A DNA stretch of 36,857 nucleotides from Armatimonadota bacterium (GTDB lineage: Bacteria; Armatimonadota; SYMT01): the NCBI GenBank assembly GCA_046292385.1, contig JBKBRF010000060.1, positions 1 through 36,857 of the forward strand, written 5' to 3'. Below are positions 18,536 to 26,984 of this stretch, piece by piece. Position 1 is the stretch's first letter. Each line of letters opens with the position of its first letter. The position numbers and the translations under genes were made by a program. Under the pieces are notes generated by a model, which ran no database searches, had not been told where the DNA came from, and saw nothing but the letters and a program-made list of their open reading frames with translations.

Positions 18536-18650
18536 GGCGGAGTGCAGAGGACCGAACCCCTCGGACGCAGGGTTTGAATTACGCACTCCGTCCTCATCCC
18601 TCTGCCCTTCTGACATCCCCCACATCCCCGTTCCCACATCCCCCTATCTC
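18536..18650. repeat. Dispersed composite element, copy 2
   Basis: Homologous to 8738-8852 and overlaps the SMP-30 stop codon. Confidence 0.8.
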
Positions 18651-19540
18651 CTGAACCTCGCCACGTACTCCGGGCGACCGGCCACGCCGGGGCGCAGGCG
18701 GTAAAGCGCGCCGCCCTGCTCGGCCGTGGGATCGTAGCCGCGCGGCGCAAGGCGGCTGGGCCACGGCTCGGCAGCGGTGGTGACGTAGAGGTCGGTGTAG
18801 TCCGGCCCCCCGAACGCGAGGCTGGAGACCTGCGGGACCGGCAGCGGAATCCGGCGCTCCAGTCTCCCGTCCGGATCGAAGCGGAGCACCTGGCCGCCGT
18901 ACCAGCAGGCACACCAAAGAAAGCCTTCCGCGTCGGTGGTGATCCCGTCCGGAATGCCGTCGTCCACCGGGAGCAGCACGTGCCGCCGCTTGCCGGAGAG
19001 GCGGCCGGTGCCGGGATCGACGTCGTAGGCATAGATCGTGCGCGCCGCCGAATCGGCGAAGTAGAGCGTGCGGTCGTCCGGGCTCAGCGCCAGTCCGTTC
19101 GCCAGCTCGACGCCGTCGTCGACCGCCTCTACCCTTCCGTCCGGGTGGAGCAGGTAAAGGCTGCCGGGGCGCTCCATCTCGTCGCCCCAGTAGATCGTCC
19201 CCGCGTAGATCCGCCCGTCGGGAGCGGCGAGGAGGTCGTTGAACGGAAGCGGCGTTCCGTCGTGCTCGCTGAGGACGGTGCGGAGCTCGCCCCCGGCCGA
19301 GAGGAGATGCAGCCCGCTCGCGCCGCCGAGCACCAGCCCGCCCCCCGCGTGCAGCGCCAGCCCGAAGACGCTGACGCCGCGGCTCACGACGCTCCGCTCG
19401 CCGGAGGCGGGGTCGAGGGCATAAACCCGGTCGGCCGGGATGTCGGTCCAGAGCAAGCGCCCGGCGCGGGAATCCCAGAGCGGCGCCTCACCGCAGCGGT
19501 CCGGGCCTGCCGAAACGACCTCCCAGGGAGCGGCGCTCAT
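18644..19540 (-). CDS. SMP-30/gluconolactonase/LRE family protein
   Basis: GEAPLWD, WTDI, FND, NGLALSPD..LYFADS, PDGITTDAEG, FGGPDYTDLYVTTA; ATGA overlap with the upstream gene. Confidence 0.95.
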   Translation of the reverse strand: MSAAPWEVVSAGPDRCGEAPLWDSRAGRLLWTDIPADRVYALDPASGERSVVSRGVSVFGLALHAGGGLVLGGASGLHLLSAGGELRTVLSEHDGTPLPFNDLLAAPDGRIYAGTIYWGDEMERPGSLYLLHPDGRVEAVDDGVELANGLALSPDDRTLYFADSAARTIYAYDVDPGTGRLSGKRRHVLLPVDDGIPDGITTDAEGFLWCACWYGGQVLRFDPDGRLERRIPLPVPQVSSLAFGGPDYTDLYVTTAAEPWPSRLAPRGYDPTAEQGGALYRLRPGVAGRPEYVARFRR

Positions 19541-20469
19541 CCGGCGGTATCTCCGGAGACTGGCAGCGGCTTCGGCGGCCTCTCGTAGGAAAGCGCAACG
19601 GCCGCCGCGAGCGCAAGGACGATCCCGGCGGCCCGCCAGACGTCGATCCGCTCCCGGAAGATCGGCACGGCCAGCACGACCGTGACCGCCGGGTAGAGGG
19701 CGTAGACCGGGGTGACGATGGAGGCTTTCCCGTCCCGGTAGGCAGCGAAGAGGACCAGCGAGCCGAAGCCGATCAGCGCCCCGAAGAGCAGCACGAGCAC
19801 CCACGCCTGGGTGGACGGAAGCGGCCACTGGACGGGGAAGAGCAGGGCGACCACCGCCGCCACCGGAATGAAGGCGAGCGTGAAACAGACGGTGGAGAGC
19901 TCCGCGGAGACCCGGTCGACGGCAAGCTTCTGCAGCACGCCGGCCAGGCCCCAGAGGACCAGCGCGGCGAGAGCGGAGCGCATCCAGCCGGAAGAGAGCT
20001 TCGAGAGGAAGTCGGCTCCGGCGCCGGAGGCCGGGTCGGCGGCGTTGAAGAGGTAGAGCGCCCCGAGTGCCAGGGCGATCCCGCCCGCCTGGACGGCGTT
20101 CAGCCGCTCCTTGAGCAGCACAACCGAGAGCAGCACCGTGACGAGCGGGAACATGCCGGTCACCGGCAGCACCACCGAGGTATCTCCCCCGCTGGCGAGC
20201 GCCTGCAGCATCAGCAGGTTGCCGGTGTTGCCGCAGATACCGGTCGCGAACGCGAACGCGCAGCCGAGCGGCACGTTAGCGCCCTCCCACAGGTTCTTGC
20301 GGAGCAGCAGCAGCAGCCCGGCCGGCACCACGCCCAGCGTGGAGAAGACGAGGATCGTCGTGTCCGACACGTGGGCGGTGGCGGCCTTGCTCACGATGCC
20401 CCAGACCCCCCACATCAGGATCGCCACGAGGCAGTAGAGGAGCCAGCGTCGGTTCGGCGGTGCGGTTAT
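19537..20469 (-). CDS. EamA/DMT family transporter (two EamA repeats); apparent ATA start
   Basis: About 10 TM helices with WG..K, G..S.V.P and KERL/RERI repeats. GGAGG lies 6 nt before an ATA that overlaps the upstream TAA. Confidence 0.88.
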   Translation of the reverse strand: MTAPPNRRWLLYCLVAILMWGVWGIVSKAATAHVSDTTILVFSTLGVVPAGLLLLLRKNLWEGANVPLGCAFAFATGICGNTGNLLMLQALASGGDTSVVLPVTGMFPLVTVLLSVVLLKERLNAVQAGGIALALGALYLFNAADPASGAGADFLSKLSSGWMRSALAALVLWGLAGVLQKLAVDRVSAELSTVCFTLAFIPVAAVVALLFPVQWPLPSTQAWVLVLLFGALIGFGSLVLFAAYRDGKASIVTPVYALYPAVTVVLAVPIFRERIDVWRAAGIVLALAAAVALSYERPPKPLPVSGDTAG

Positions 20470-21641
20470 GGGGCGCCTCCCTCGAAGACCGTCACCCCCG
20501 CCAGCTCGATGCGGGTGGGGACCGCGTACTGCCGGACGATCGCCTCGTCGATCTCCACCCCCAGGCCGGGCTTCTCCGGGGCGCGCACCAGGCCGTCCGC
20601 GTCCCGGTCGAGGCCGCGCGCCAGGTTCTCGGAGAGGTGGGAGCCGGAGGCGGGATACTCCAGGTAGCGCGACGCCTCCACGTCGGCAAAGACGTGGATC
20701 GAGGCGGCGACGCTGAGGCGCGACTTGAAGGTGTGGTTCACGTAGGTAACGCCACGGCGGGTCGCCTGCTCGCAGACGGTGCGGGACGGCGTGATGCCGC
20801 CGATGCGGCCGACGTCGATCTGGATGAACGAGAGACCGGCGCTCTCCAGGAAGTCCTCCGCCGCCCGCACGTTGCCGGCGCTCTCTCCCGCGGCGATCGG
20901 CACCGCCGGCTCTCGCGCGGCGAGGCGCCCGTAGGCGCCGATCGCCTCGCCGTTCAGCGGCTCCTCCAGCCAGGTGATCCGGTACCGGGCGAAGACCCGC
21001 GCCCGCGCGGCGGCGGTCTCGTCGTCGTGACCCCACGCCCAGCCGGCGTCGACCATCACCTCCGCCTCCTCGCCCAGGCCTTCGCGGGCGGCGCGGACGA
21101 GCTGCTCGTCGTACTCCGCGCCGTGCTTGCCCAGCGGGCCCCAGCCGAACTTCGCGGCGCGGAAGCCCTGCGCCCGCAGCCGGCTCGCCAGCTCCCGGGT
21201 CTCCTCCGGCGTGTCCCCGAACAGCACGGAGGCGTAGGGGAGCTTCGGGTGCGCGGTCTCCCCGCCGAGCAGCCGGTAGACCGGCACCCCGCGCTTCTTG
21301 CCCAGCAGGTCCCAGAGCGCGATGTCGGTCCCGCTGTAGGCATGGTGGATCTGCTGGATGTCCATTCCTTGCAGCGTCGCCTTCGCGTGGAGGCGGCGGA
21401 CGTCGTCCGGGCTCTCCACCGTCTCCCCGAGCAGGCTCTCGCGGATGTTGATGATGTTGCCGTGCGACATCGGGCAGCAGTAGGCCGCCAGGGAGACGAG
21501 CGGGGACGCGTCGCACTCGCCCCAGCCTTCCAGGCCGTCGTCGGTGCGCACCCGCACCAGCAGCGTGTCCTGCGTGCCGTCGGCCGCGCGGGTGATCTGC
21601 GGCATGCGGAGATAGAACGGGTCGATGGCGGTGATCTTCAT
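20466..21641 (-). CDS. Mandelate racemase/muconate lactonizing enzyme family (probable acid-sugar dehydratase or racemase)
   Basis: TDDGLEGWGE, DIALWDLLGK, PVYRLLGG, KFGWG, MVDAG, WLEEP, AAGE, IGGIT, NH. Confidence 0.95.
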   Translation of the reverse strand: MKITAIDPFYLRMPQITRAADGTQDTLLVRVRTDDGLEGWGECDASPLVSLAAYCCPMSHGNIINIRESLLGETVESPDDVRRLHAKATLQGMDIQQIHHAYSGTDIALWDLLGKKRGVPVYRLLGGETAHPKLPYASVLFGDTPEETRELASRLRAQGFRAAKFGWGPLGKHGAEYDEQLVRAAREGLGEEAEVMVDAGWAWGHDDETAAARARVFARYRITWLEEPLNGEAIGAYGRLAAREPAVPIAAGESAGNVRAAEDFLESAGLSFIQIDVGRIGGITPSRTVCEQATRRGVTYVNHTFKSRLSVAASIHVFADVEASRYLEYPASGSHLSENLARGLDRDADGLVRAPEKPGLGVEIDEAIVRQYAVPTRIELAGVTVFEGGAP

Positions 21642-21798
21642 CGGTGTGAGAGGTTTGAGCCTGACCGAGCTGGCCTGCAGTCGCGGTGAGGCGGGCAATC
21701 GTCGGAAGCAGCGAGCCGGCCCGGCGGCGACTCCGGCGGTCTTTCTCACCCGTTCGGCGCCTGGTTACCGGTTCGCCTGCCTTCAGTGAGGCGGGACG

Positions 21799-21830
21799 AA
21801 AAAAGACCGGATTCCGCGGGGAATCCGGCC
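21799..21830 (-). terminator. Intrinsic terminator
   Basis: GGCCGGATTCC-CCGC-GGAATCCGGTC followed by TTTTTT on the minus strand. Confidence 0.85.
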
Positions 21831-21895
21831 CAAGGGAAAGGACGATTGGTATCAGAAGATGACCACCAATAGGCTGCCCACCAGGGCGGCAGCTT
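21799..21895 (-). ncRNA. Candidate sRNA or attenuator leader
   Basis: Two hairpins, a CU-rich linker and a terminator in a lower-GC intergenic stretch. Confidence 0.4.
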
Positions 21896-22005
21896 GAAAC
21901 CTGTTTTCCGGACAGCCAATCAGGCCCCTGCTCCCCCGGACGCAGCCGAAGTGGGATCTCCTGCTTAGAAGGGACGGACCGGCGGACCCGAGATGTCTCG
22001 CGGCG

Positions 22006-22335
22006 TTAACGTCCGCCCTTCACGCGGACCGCACCGGCCGCGTCCGGGTGGACGTCCTCCGGCCAGCGGGTCTGGTCATCGTAGCGGGCGAGGAGCAGCC
22101 GGGTGCCCTCGAGACAGGCGCCGCGGAGATCCGCCCCTTCCAGGCGCGCCTCGCGCAGGTCTGCGTCGCGCAGGTCTGCCCCGGTCAGGTCTGCCCCGCG
22201 CAGGTCCGCGCGGATCAGCCGGCGGCGCCGCAGGTCGGCCCCGCGCAGGGTCGCCGGCTCCCCGGCCGTTTCCGGCGGCACCGGGGGTGCGGGAGGCGCG
22301 GCTCTCTGGTGGTGAGGTGGGAGCGGTCCGAGCAT
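22006..22335 (-). CDS. Short pentapeptide repeat protein
   Basis: ADLRG ADLTG ADLRD ADLRE ARLEG ADLRG ACLEG, then ARYDDQTRWP. Start uncertain. Confidence 0.75.
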   Translation of the reverse strand: MLGPLPPHHQRAAPPAPPVPPETAGEPATLRGADLRRRRLIRADLRGADLTGADLRDADLREARLEGADLRGACLEGTRLLLARYDDQTRWPEDVHPDAAGAVRVKGGR

Positions 22336-22486
22336 TCGTTTCCAGGGCGAGGGGCCGGTAGAGTTTCCCCGGAGCGCTCGGCCGGCAAACTCCCCCAATC
22401 GGTGCAGCAGACCGGAGGATCCAAACCGGCACCGCGGACGGATATGCTTGTAGATGATTGGTAGGAGCGGCGGTAGGAGGTAAGGG

Positions 22487-23644
22487 ATGGAAGAGCCGGG
22501 CTTCGAGACGTTGTGCGCGCACGCGGGGGACGATCCCACGCGGTTCTTCGGGGCGCCGGTGCCGCCGATCTACCAGAACTCCCTCTTCACCCTGCCGGAC
22601 TCCGCCGCGTTCCTGGCGCGGATGGAGCGGCACCCGGAGGTCTACGACTACACCCGGGTAGCGAACCCCACCACCGACGTGCTGGAGGCGAAGCTCGCCG
22701 CGCTGGAGCGGACGGAGGCGGCGCGCTGCTTCGGCTCCGGGATGGCGGCGGTCACCGCCGCGATCTTCCACGCGGTGCGGTCGGGCGACCACATCGTCGC
22801 GGTGGAGACCGCCTACGGGCCGACGCGCCTCTTCCTGACCGACTACCTCCCGCGCTTCAACATCCGGACTACCTTCATCCGCGGCACCGACCCGGAAGAG
22901 TTCGTCCGCGCCGCCCGGCCGGAGACGCGCCTCTTCTACCTGGAGAGCCCCTCCAGCCTGGTCTTCCACCTGCAGGACCTCCCCGCGGTCACGGCGCTGG
23001 CCCGGGAGCGAGAGATCGTGACGGTGATCGACAACTCCTGGGCTTCCCCCTACTTCCAGAACCCGCACGAGCTGGGGGTCGACCTGGTGCTTCACTCCGC
23101 CACCAAGTACCTGGGGGGCCACAGTGACCTGGTGGCCGGGGTGGTGATGGGCTCGCGAGAGCGGATGCGAGAACTCTCCCGCTGGGAGGGCACGCTGCTG
23201 GGCGGAATCCTAGATCCGTTCGCCGCCTGGCTGATGCTCCGGGGAGTCCGCACGCTGCCGGTCCGCATGGAGCGGCACCAGCAGAGCGCGCTGGCGGTCG
23301 CCCGGTTCCTGCAAGAGCATCCGAAGGTCGGCCGCGTCTACTGCCCCGGGCTCCCCTCGCACCCGCAGTACGAGCTGGCCCGGCGGCAGCTGCGCGGCAC
23401 CAGCGGACTCCTGAGCTTCGAGCTGAAGCAGCCGACGAAGGCAGCGACCTGCGCGGTCGTCGACCGCCTCCGCTACTTCGGCATCGCCGTAAGCTGGGGC
23501 GGCTTCGAGAGCCTGGCGATCCCGATCACCCTGCCCGGCCCCGCCCAGCCGGAGCGCTGGGGCATCCGTCTCCACGTCGGCCTGGAGACGGCGGAGGACC
23601 TGCTGAAAGACCTTGACCAGGCGCTGGCGGCGGTGGAGGGGTAA
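22487..23644 (+). CDS. Cys/Met metabolism PLP-dependent enzyme (cystathionine gamma-synthase/beta-lyase/methionine gamma-lyase family)
   Basis: PPIYQNS, YTRVANPT, SGMAAV, LESPSS, DNSWA, HSATKYLGGHSD, SWGGFESL, RLHVGLE; AGGAGGT SD. Confidence 0.96.
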   Translation: MEEPGFETLCAHAGDDPTRFFGAPVPPIYQNSLFTLPDSAAFLARMERHPEVYDYTRVANPTTDVLEAKLAALERTEAARCFGSGMAAVTAAIFHAVRSGDHIVAVETAYGPTRLFLTDYLPRFNIRTTFIRGTDPEEFVRAARPETRLFYLESPSSLVFHLQDLPAVTALAREREIVTVIDNSWASPYFQNPHELGVDLVLHSATKYLGGHSDLVAGVVMGSRERMRELSRWEGTLLGGILDPFAAWLMLRGVRTLPVRMERHQQSALAVARFLQEHPKVGRVYCPGLPSHPQYELARRQLRGTSGLLSFELKQPTKAATCAVVDRLRYFGIAVSWGGFESLAIPITLPGPAQPERWGIRLHVGLETAEDLLKDLDQALAAVEG

Positions 23645-23700
23645 GAGCCTATCCGGACAGTCTCTAAAAACGCGAGCAGGCTAGCTCCACACCGATAGCT

Positions 23701-23800
23701 CCCTCTCCCCGCGGGAGAGGGGCCGGGGGTGAGGCCGCGTGAGAGGCAGCCGGTGTCGAGGGGGCTCTCTCTCCTCTTCCCTCTCTCATCTCTCTTCTTG
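23701..23800. repeat. CCCTCTCCC/GGGAGAGGG palindromic element plus CT-rich heptamer run at the Fur-family gene stop
   Basis: ccctctccccgcgggagaggggccgggggtgagg; related copies at 34384-34482. Confidence 0.7.
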
Positions 23801-24241
23801 ACACCCGGGGCAGAGCCCGACGAACTCCACCAGGTGGCGCTCGATGCGGAAGCGGGAGCCGGCGGCAGCGTCGCGCTCCACGCCGGCCATGCCGGGGCAG
23901 TCGACTTCTTCCACCGCGCCGCACCCGCGGCAGATCAGGTGATGGTGGCAGCCGGGGTGGTCTTCCAGCCGGCATGGCAGGTAGCCGCCCGCGGAGGCGA
24001 TGCGGTGCGCCAGGCCGTTCTGCTCCAGCGTCTCCAGAATGCGATAGATGGTGACGGTATCGACCGACTCCCCGCGCTCCTTCAGGGCGTCGTGCAGTCC
24101 GTAAGGCGACAGGGGGCGCTCCGCCCGCGCCAGGGCGTCGAGCACCAGCCGCCGCCCGCGGGTGATGCGGAAGCCTCGCTCCCGCAGGCGCTCCAGGGCG
24201 ACCTCCACGTACGTGGCGCCGCCGTGTCTGCACTCGCTCAT
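23786..24241 (-). CDS. Fur family transcriptional regulator (Zur-like)
   Basis: RITRGRRLVL, TIYRIL, HPGCHHHLICRGCG, HLVEFVGLCPGC. Confidence 0.93.
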   Translation of the reverse strand: MSECRHGGATYVEVALERLRERGFRITRGRRLVLDALARAERPLSPYGLHDALKERGESVDTVTIYRILETLEQNGLAHRIASAGGYLPCRLEDHPGCHHHLICRGCGAVEEVDCPGMAGVERDAAAGSRFRIERHLVEFVGLCPGCQEER

Positions 24242-24373
24242 GCCGTCCGTCTTCCTGACCCGGTCACTCGGTCCTCCTCCGCCGGGGCGCGCTCTGCCGG
24301 CTCGTCGCTTTGACGCCTGAATTGGCCTTCTGCTACCATGGAGCGCTGCCGCGCCCCACGGCTCTCCTATCCT

Positions 24374-25036
24374 ATGCAACACGGCCAGACTTATACCATC
24401 AGCGAAGCCGCGGCGCTCTCCGGCCGGCACCCGAACACGATCCGCCAGAAGATCAAGAGCGGACAGCTCGAGGCGTCGGTCTCCCAGGGAAAGTACGGCG
24501 AGGAATACCGGATCACCTTCGCGGCGATGGTGGAGGCCGGCCTGCTGCCGGAGCCGGAGCCGCAGGAGCCGGTGCTCGACGCGGAGATCACCCCGGAAGC
24601 GGCGGCCGAGCCGGCCGCGGAGTCCGCCGCGGCGGGCACCACCGCCATCAGCGCCGACGCCGCCGCCGCCCTCACCAGCCTGCGGGACCTCTACCAGCGC
24701 CACGAGCAGGCGATGTACCGCCTCGGCTATCTCCAGGGCGAGATGGAGCGGCTGAAGGCGCTGGAGGAGACCGCCGAGTCTCTCCGCGAGACGAACACCG
24801 AGCGGGAGCGCGAGCTGACCGACCTCCGCCGGGAGCTGGAGGACAAGGAGCGGGCGGTCCGCGAGGCGGAGAGCCTCCGCGCGGAGCTGGAGCGCACCCG
24901 CGGTCGCCTGCGAGAGATGGAGACGCTCCGCCAGGACATCGACCAGCTCAAAGAGCTCGCCAGCCAGCAGGAGCGGGTGATCAAAGACCTCGAGACCACC
25001 ACCCGTAAGCGCTCCTGGTGGCAGATCTGGAAGTGA
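24374..25036 (+). CDS. MerR/excisionase-like HTH plus coiled-coil protein with a basic-aromatic C-terminal tail
   Basis: YTISEAAALSGRHPNTIRQKIKSGQL HTH, acidic linker, long heptad coiled coil and terminal RKRSWWQIWK. Confidence 0.88.
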   Translation: MQHGQTYTISEAAALSGRHPNTIRQKIKSGQLEASVSQGKYGEEYRITFAAMVEAGLLPEPEPQEPVLDAEITPEAAAEPAAESAAAGTTAISADAAAALTSLRDLYQRHEQAMYRLGYLQGEMERLKALEETAESLRETNTERERELTDLRRELEDKERAVREAESLRAELERTRGRLREMETLRQDIDQLKELASQQERVIKDLETTTRKRSWWQIWK

Positions 25037-25221
25037 TTCGTATTCCGTATCTCGTATCGCGTAGCCTGCTATTGCGTATTCCGTATTGCGTAGCGATCGG
25101 CAGCTACGGTGTCACAATACGTCGTGCCGAGCGGAATGCCTTTTGCAGCGCCTCGCCCGGCACGATCTTTGGGCTGAGGTAGCTGCGCTCCGCTACGGAA
25201 TACGCGATACGCAATACGCAG
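25037..25221. repeat. Inverted heptamer arms (GTATTGC family) enclosing a long imperfect hairpin
   Basis: gcgtattccgtattgcgtagc ... gctacggaatacgcgatacgcaatacgc, with inner pairs gcagctac/gtagctgc and tcgtgccg/cggcacga. Confidence 0.8.
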
Positions 25222-26758
25222 CCCCCTGCTCCACCGCCTGATCGGTGCGGACGGTGACCACCTTTGCCCCCGGCAGCTCCAACGCGCCCGTTCCCGCGCG
25301 AAGCTGCTCTTCGTAGACCGCGAGACCGGCGTCGGAGGCGTCTCCGGCACGCGCGGCGAGGCGGGCTCGGATCACCGGGTCGGGGCAGTCGCAGTGGAGG
25401 AAGACCGGCTCCGCGCCGGTGTCCGCCGCCAGCTCGGCCGCCCGTCTCCGCTCCTCCGGTGAGAGGAAGGTGGCATCCAGGATGACGTTCACTCCGCGCT
25501 GCAGCAGCGGGCGGGCGCGGCGGCGCAGCTCTGCGTAGACCGCCTGCCGTCGCGCCTCCGTATAGGCCGCGGCGGCGAGCGCCGTGTCGGCCGGAACGCC
25601 GGACAGCTCCTTCCGGACCTCATCGCTGGCGAGGCGCACCGCCGGGAGCCGGCGCGCCAGCGCCCGGGCGAGGACCGACTTCCCCGCGCCGGAAAAGGCG
25701 ACCGTGCAGAGCAGCAGCGGCCGCTCGCGGGGTCGGGTGTAAGAGAGCGCCAGGTCGAGCGCGGCGGCGGCGGTGGCGCGGTGCTCCTCGCGGTCGGCGG
25801 CGGGAATCTCCGGCTCCTGCAGCGCCAGCAGCGCGATCTTGCCGCGAACGACGGCACGGTAGTACTGGTAGAACCGCAGCACCTCGCCGAGGCCGGTGTC
25901 GCCCGATTCCCGTACGTAGGCTTCCACCAGCGCCAGCCGGAGGTCGGGCCGGCCGGCCAGGTCGAGGTCCATCGCCAGGTAGGCCAGGTCGGCGGCAGCG
26001 TCGCCGCAGCGGAACCGCTCGTTGAACTCGATGCAGTCGAGGACGTGCACGTCCGCCTCGGTACCGGGGGCGACGTAGAGGTTCTGCGCCCGCAGGTCGC
26101 CGTGCCCGTCCCGGATCCGCCCCTGCCGCAGGCGCTCCAGAAAGAGGGCCTCCCGGTCCCGCAGGAAGCCGCGGGCGTACTCCCGTACCGCCTCCAGGTG
26201 CTCCCGCGGGAGCGCTTCTCCCAGGAGCGTCGCCGTCTGGGTGAAGTTCTCCTCCACGTTGCGCGCGATCGCCTCCGGCAGGCCGAAGCGGCGGACCTCC
26301 GGCCCGGCATCCGCCCCCGCGTGAAAGCGGGCCAGCACGCGCGCCACCCGCTGCAGGTCCGCCGCCTCCACCTCCCCGCGGGCCAGGCGGCGGGAGAGGA
26401 GATCGGTCTCCGGGAGCTGGCGCATCCGCACCGCCCACTCCACCGGCTCCCCCTCCGCGGCGACGCGCAGCCGGCCCTCCCGCTCCACGATCGGCGCGAG
26501 GTCGAGGTAGACCTCCGGGCTCAGGCGCCAGTTGAGCCGCAGCTCCCGCTCGCAGCAGTCGCGGCGCGCCGCCGGGGTGGAGTAGTCGAGAAAGCCGAAG
26601 TCGACCGGCTTCTTGACCTTGTAGACGAACTCGCCGGTAAGAAAGACGCAGGAGGCGTGGGTCTGCGCCACCCGCACCGCCTCCACCCGGTGCGGGTAGG
26701 CGTCCGGGCGGGAGAGCTCCCGCAGCAGCCGCTCGACCGGGATGTTCGCGCCCGCCAT
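25193..26758 (-). CDS. Aminoglycoside-phosphotransferase-like / AAA (gluconate-kinase-like) fusion protein
   Basis: QTHAS, YKVKKPVDFGFLDYST, RDGHGDLR, DCIEFNERFR, FSGAGKS P-loop, SDEVRK, ILDATF, SDA. Confidence 0.93.
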   Translation of the reverse strand: MAGANIPVERLLRELSRPDAYPHRVEAVRVAQTHASCVFLTGEFVYKVKKPVDFGFLDYSTPAARRDCCERELRLNWRLSPEVYLDLAPIVEREGRLRVAAEGEPVEWAVRMRQLPETDLLSRRLARGEVEAADLQRVARVLARFHAGADAGPEVRRFGLPEAIARNVEENFTQTATLLGEALPREHLEAVREYARGFLRDREALFLERLRQGRIRDGHGDLRAQNLYVAPGTEADVHVLDCIEFNERFRCGDAAADLAYLAMDLDLAGRPDLRLALVEAYVRESGDTGLGEVLRFYQYYRAVVRGKIALLALQEPEIPAADREEHRATAAAALDLALSYTRPRERPLLLCTVAFSGAGKSVLARALARRLPAVRLASDEVRKELSGVPADTALAAAAYTEARRQAVYAELRRRARPLLQRGVNVILDATFLSPEERRRAAELAADTGAEPVFLHCDCPDPVIRARLAARAGDASDAGLAVYEEQLRAGTGALELPGAKVVTVRTDQAVEQGAAYCVSRIP

Positions 26759-26984
26759 GGATCCTGCTCCTCCTCATCAGCTATCCGGCTCAGTGTTCCC
26801 GCGTTCCACGTCCGCGGCCGCATTCCCCCGAGAGCTCGCGCCCATGAAAGGAAAACCACGCCGCGCGCCGAACCGTTAAGAGAATCGTAAGCCCGGTCGG
26901 AGTGATGGGGAGCGCGGAGCCGCGCCCGGCGCGCGAACGGGCGCGGGGGCGGCCCGAACACCCCGGGGTAGCGGGAGATCCGTT

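Noticed and set aside
21645..21795. Glycine-riboswitch-like words (GGCGCCGAA, AAACCTCTCA) in the racemase leader
   Set aside because: It lacks GGAGAG and CTCTCAGG, and the stems cannot be formed.
22340..22486. SAM-I riboswitch upstream of the Cys/Met enzyme
   Set aside because: Only scattered words (CGGCAA, GGTGC) are present; there is no ATC.AGAG, AATTCC, P1 stem or expression platform.
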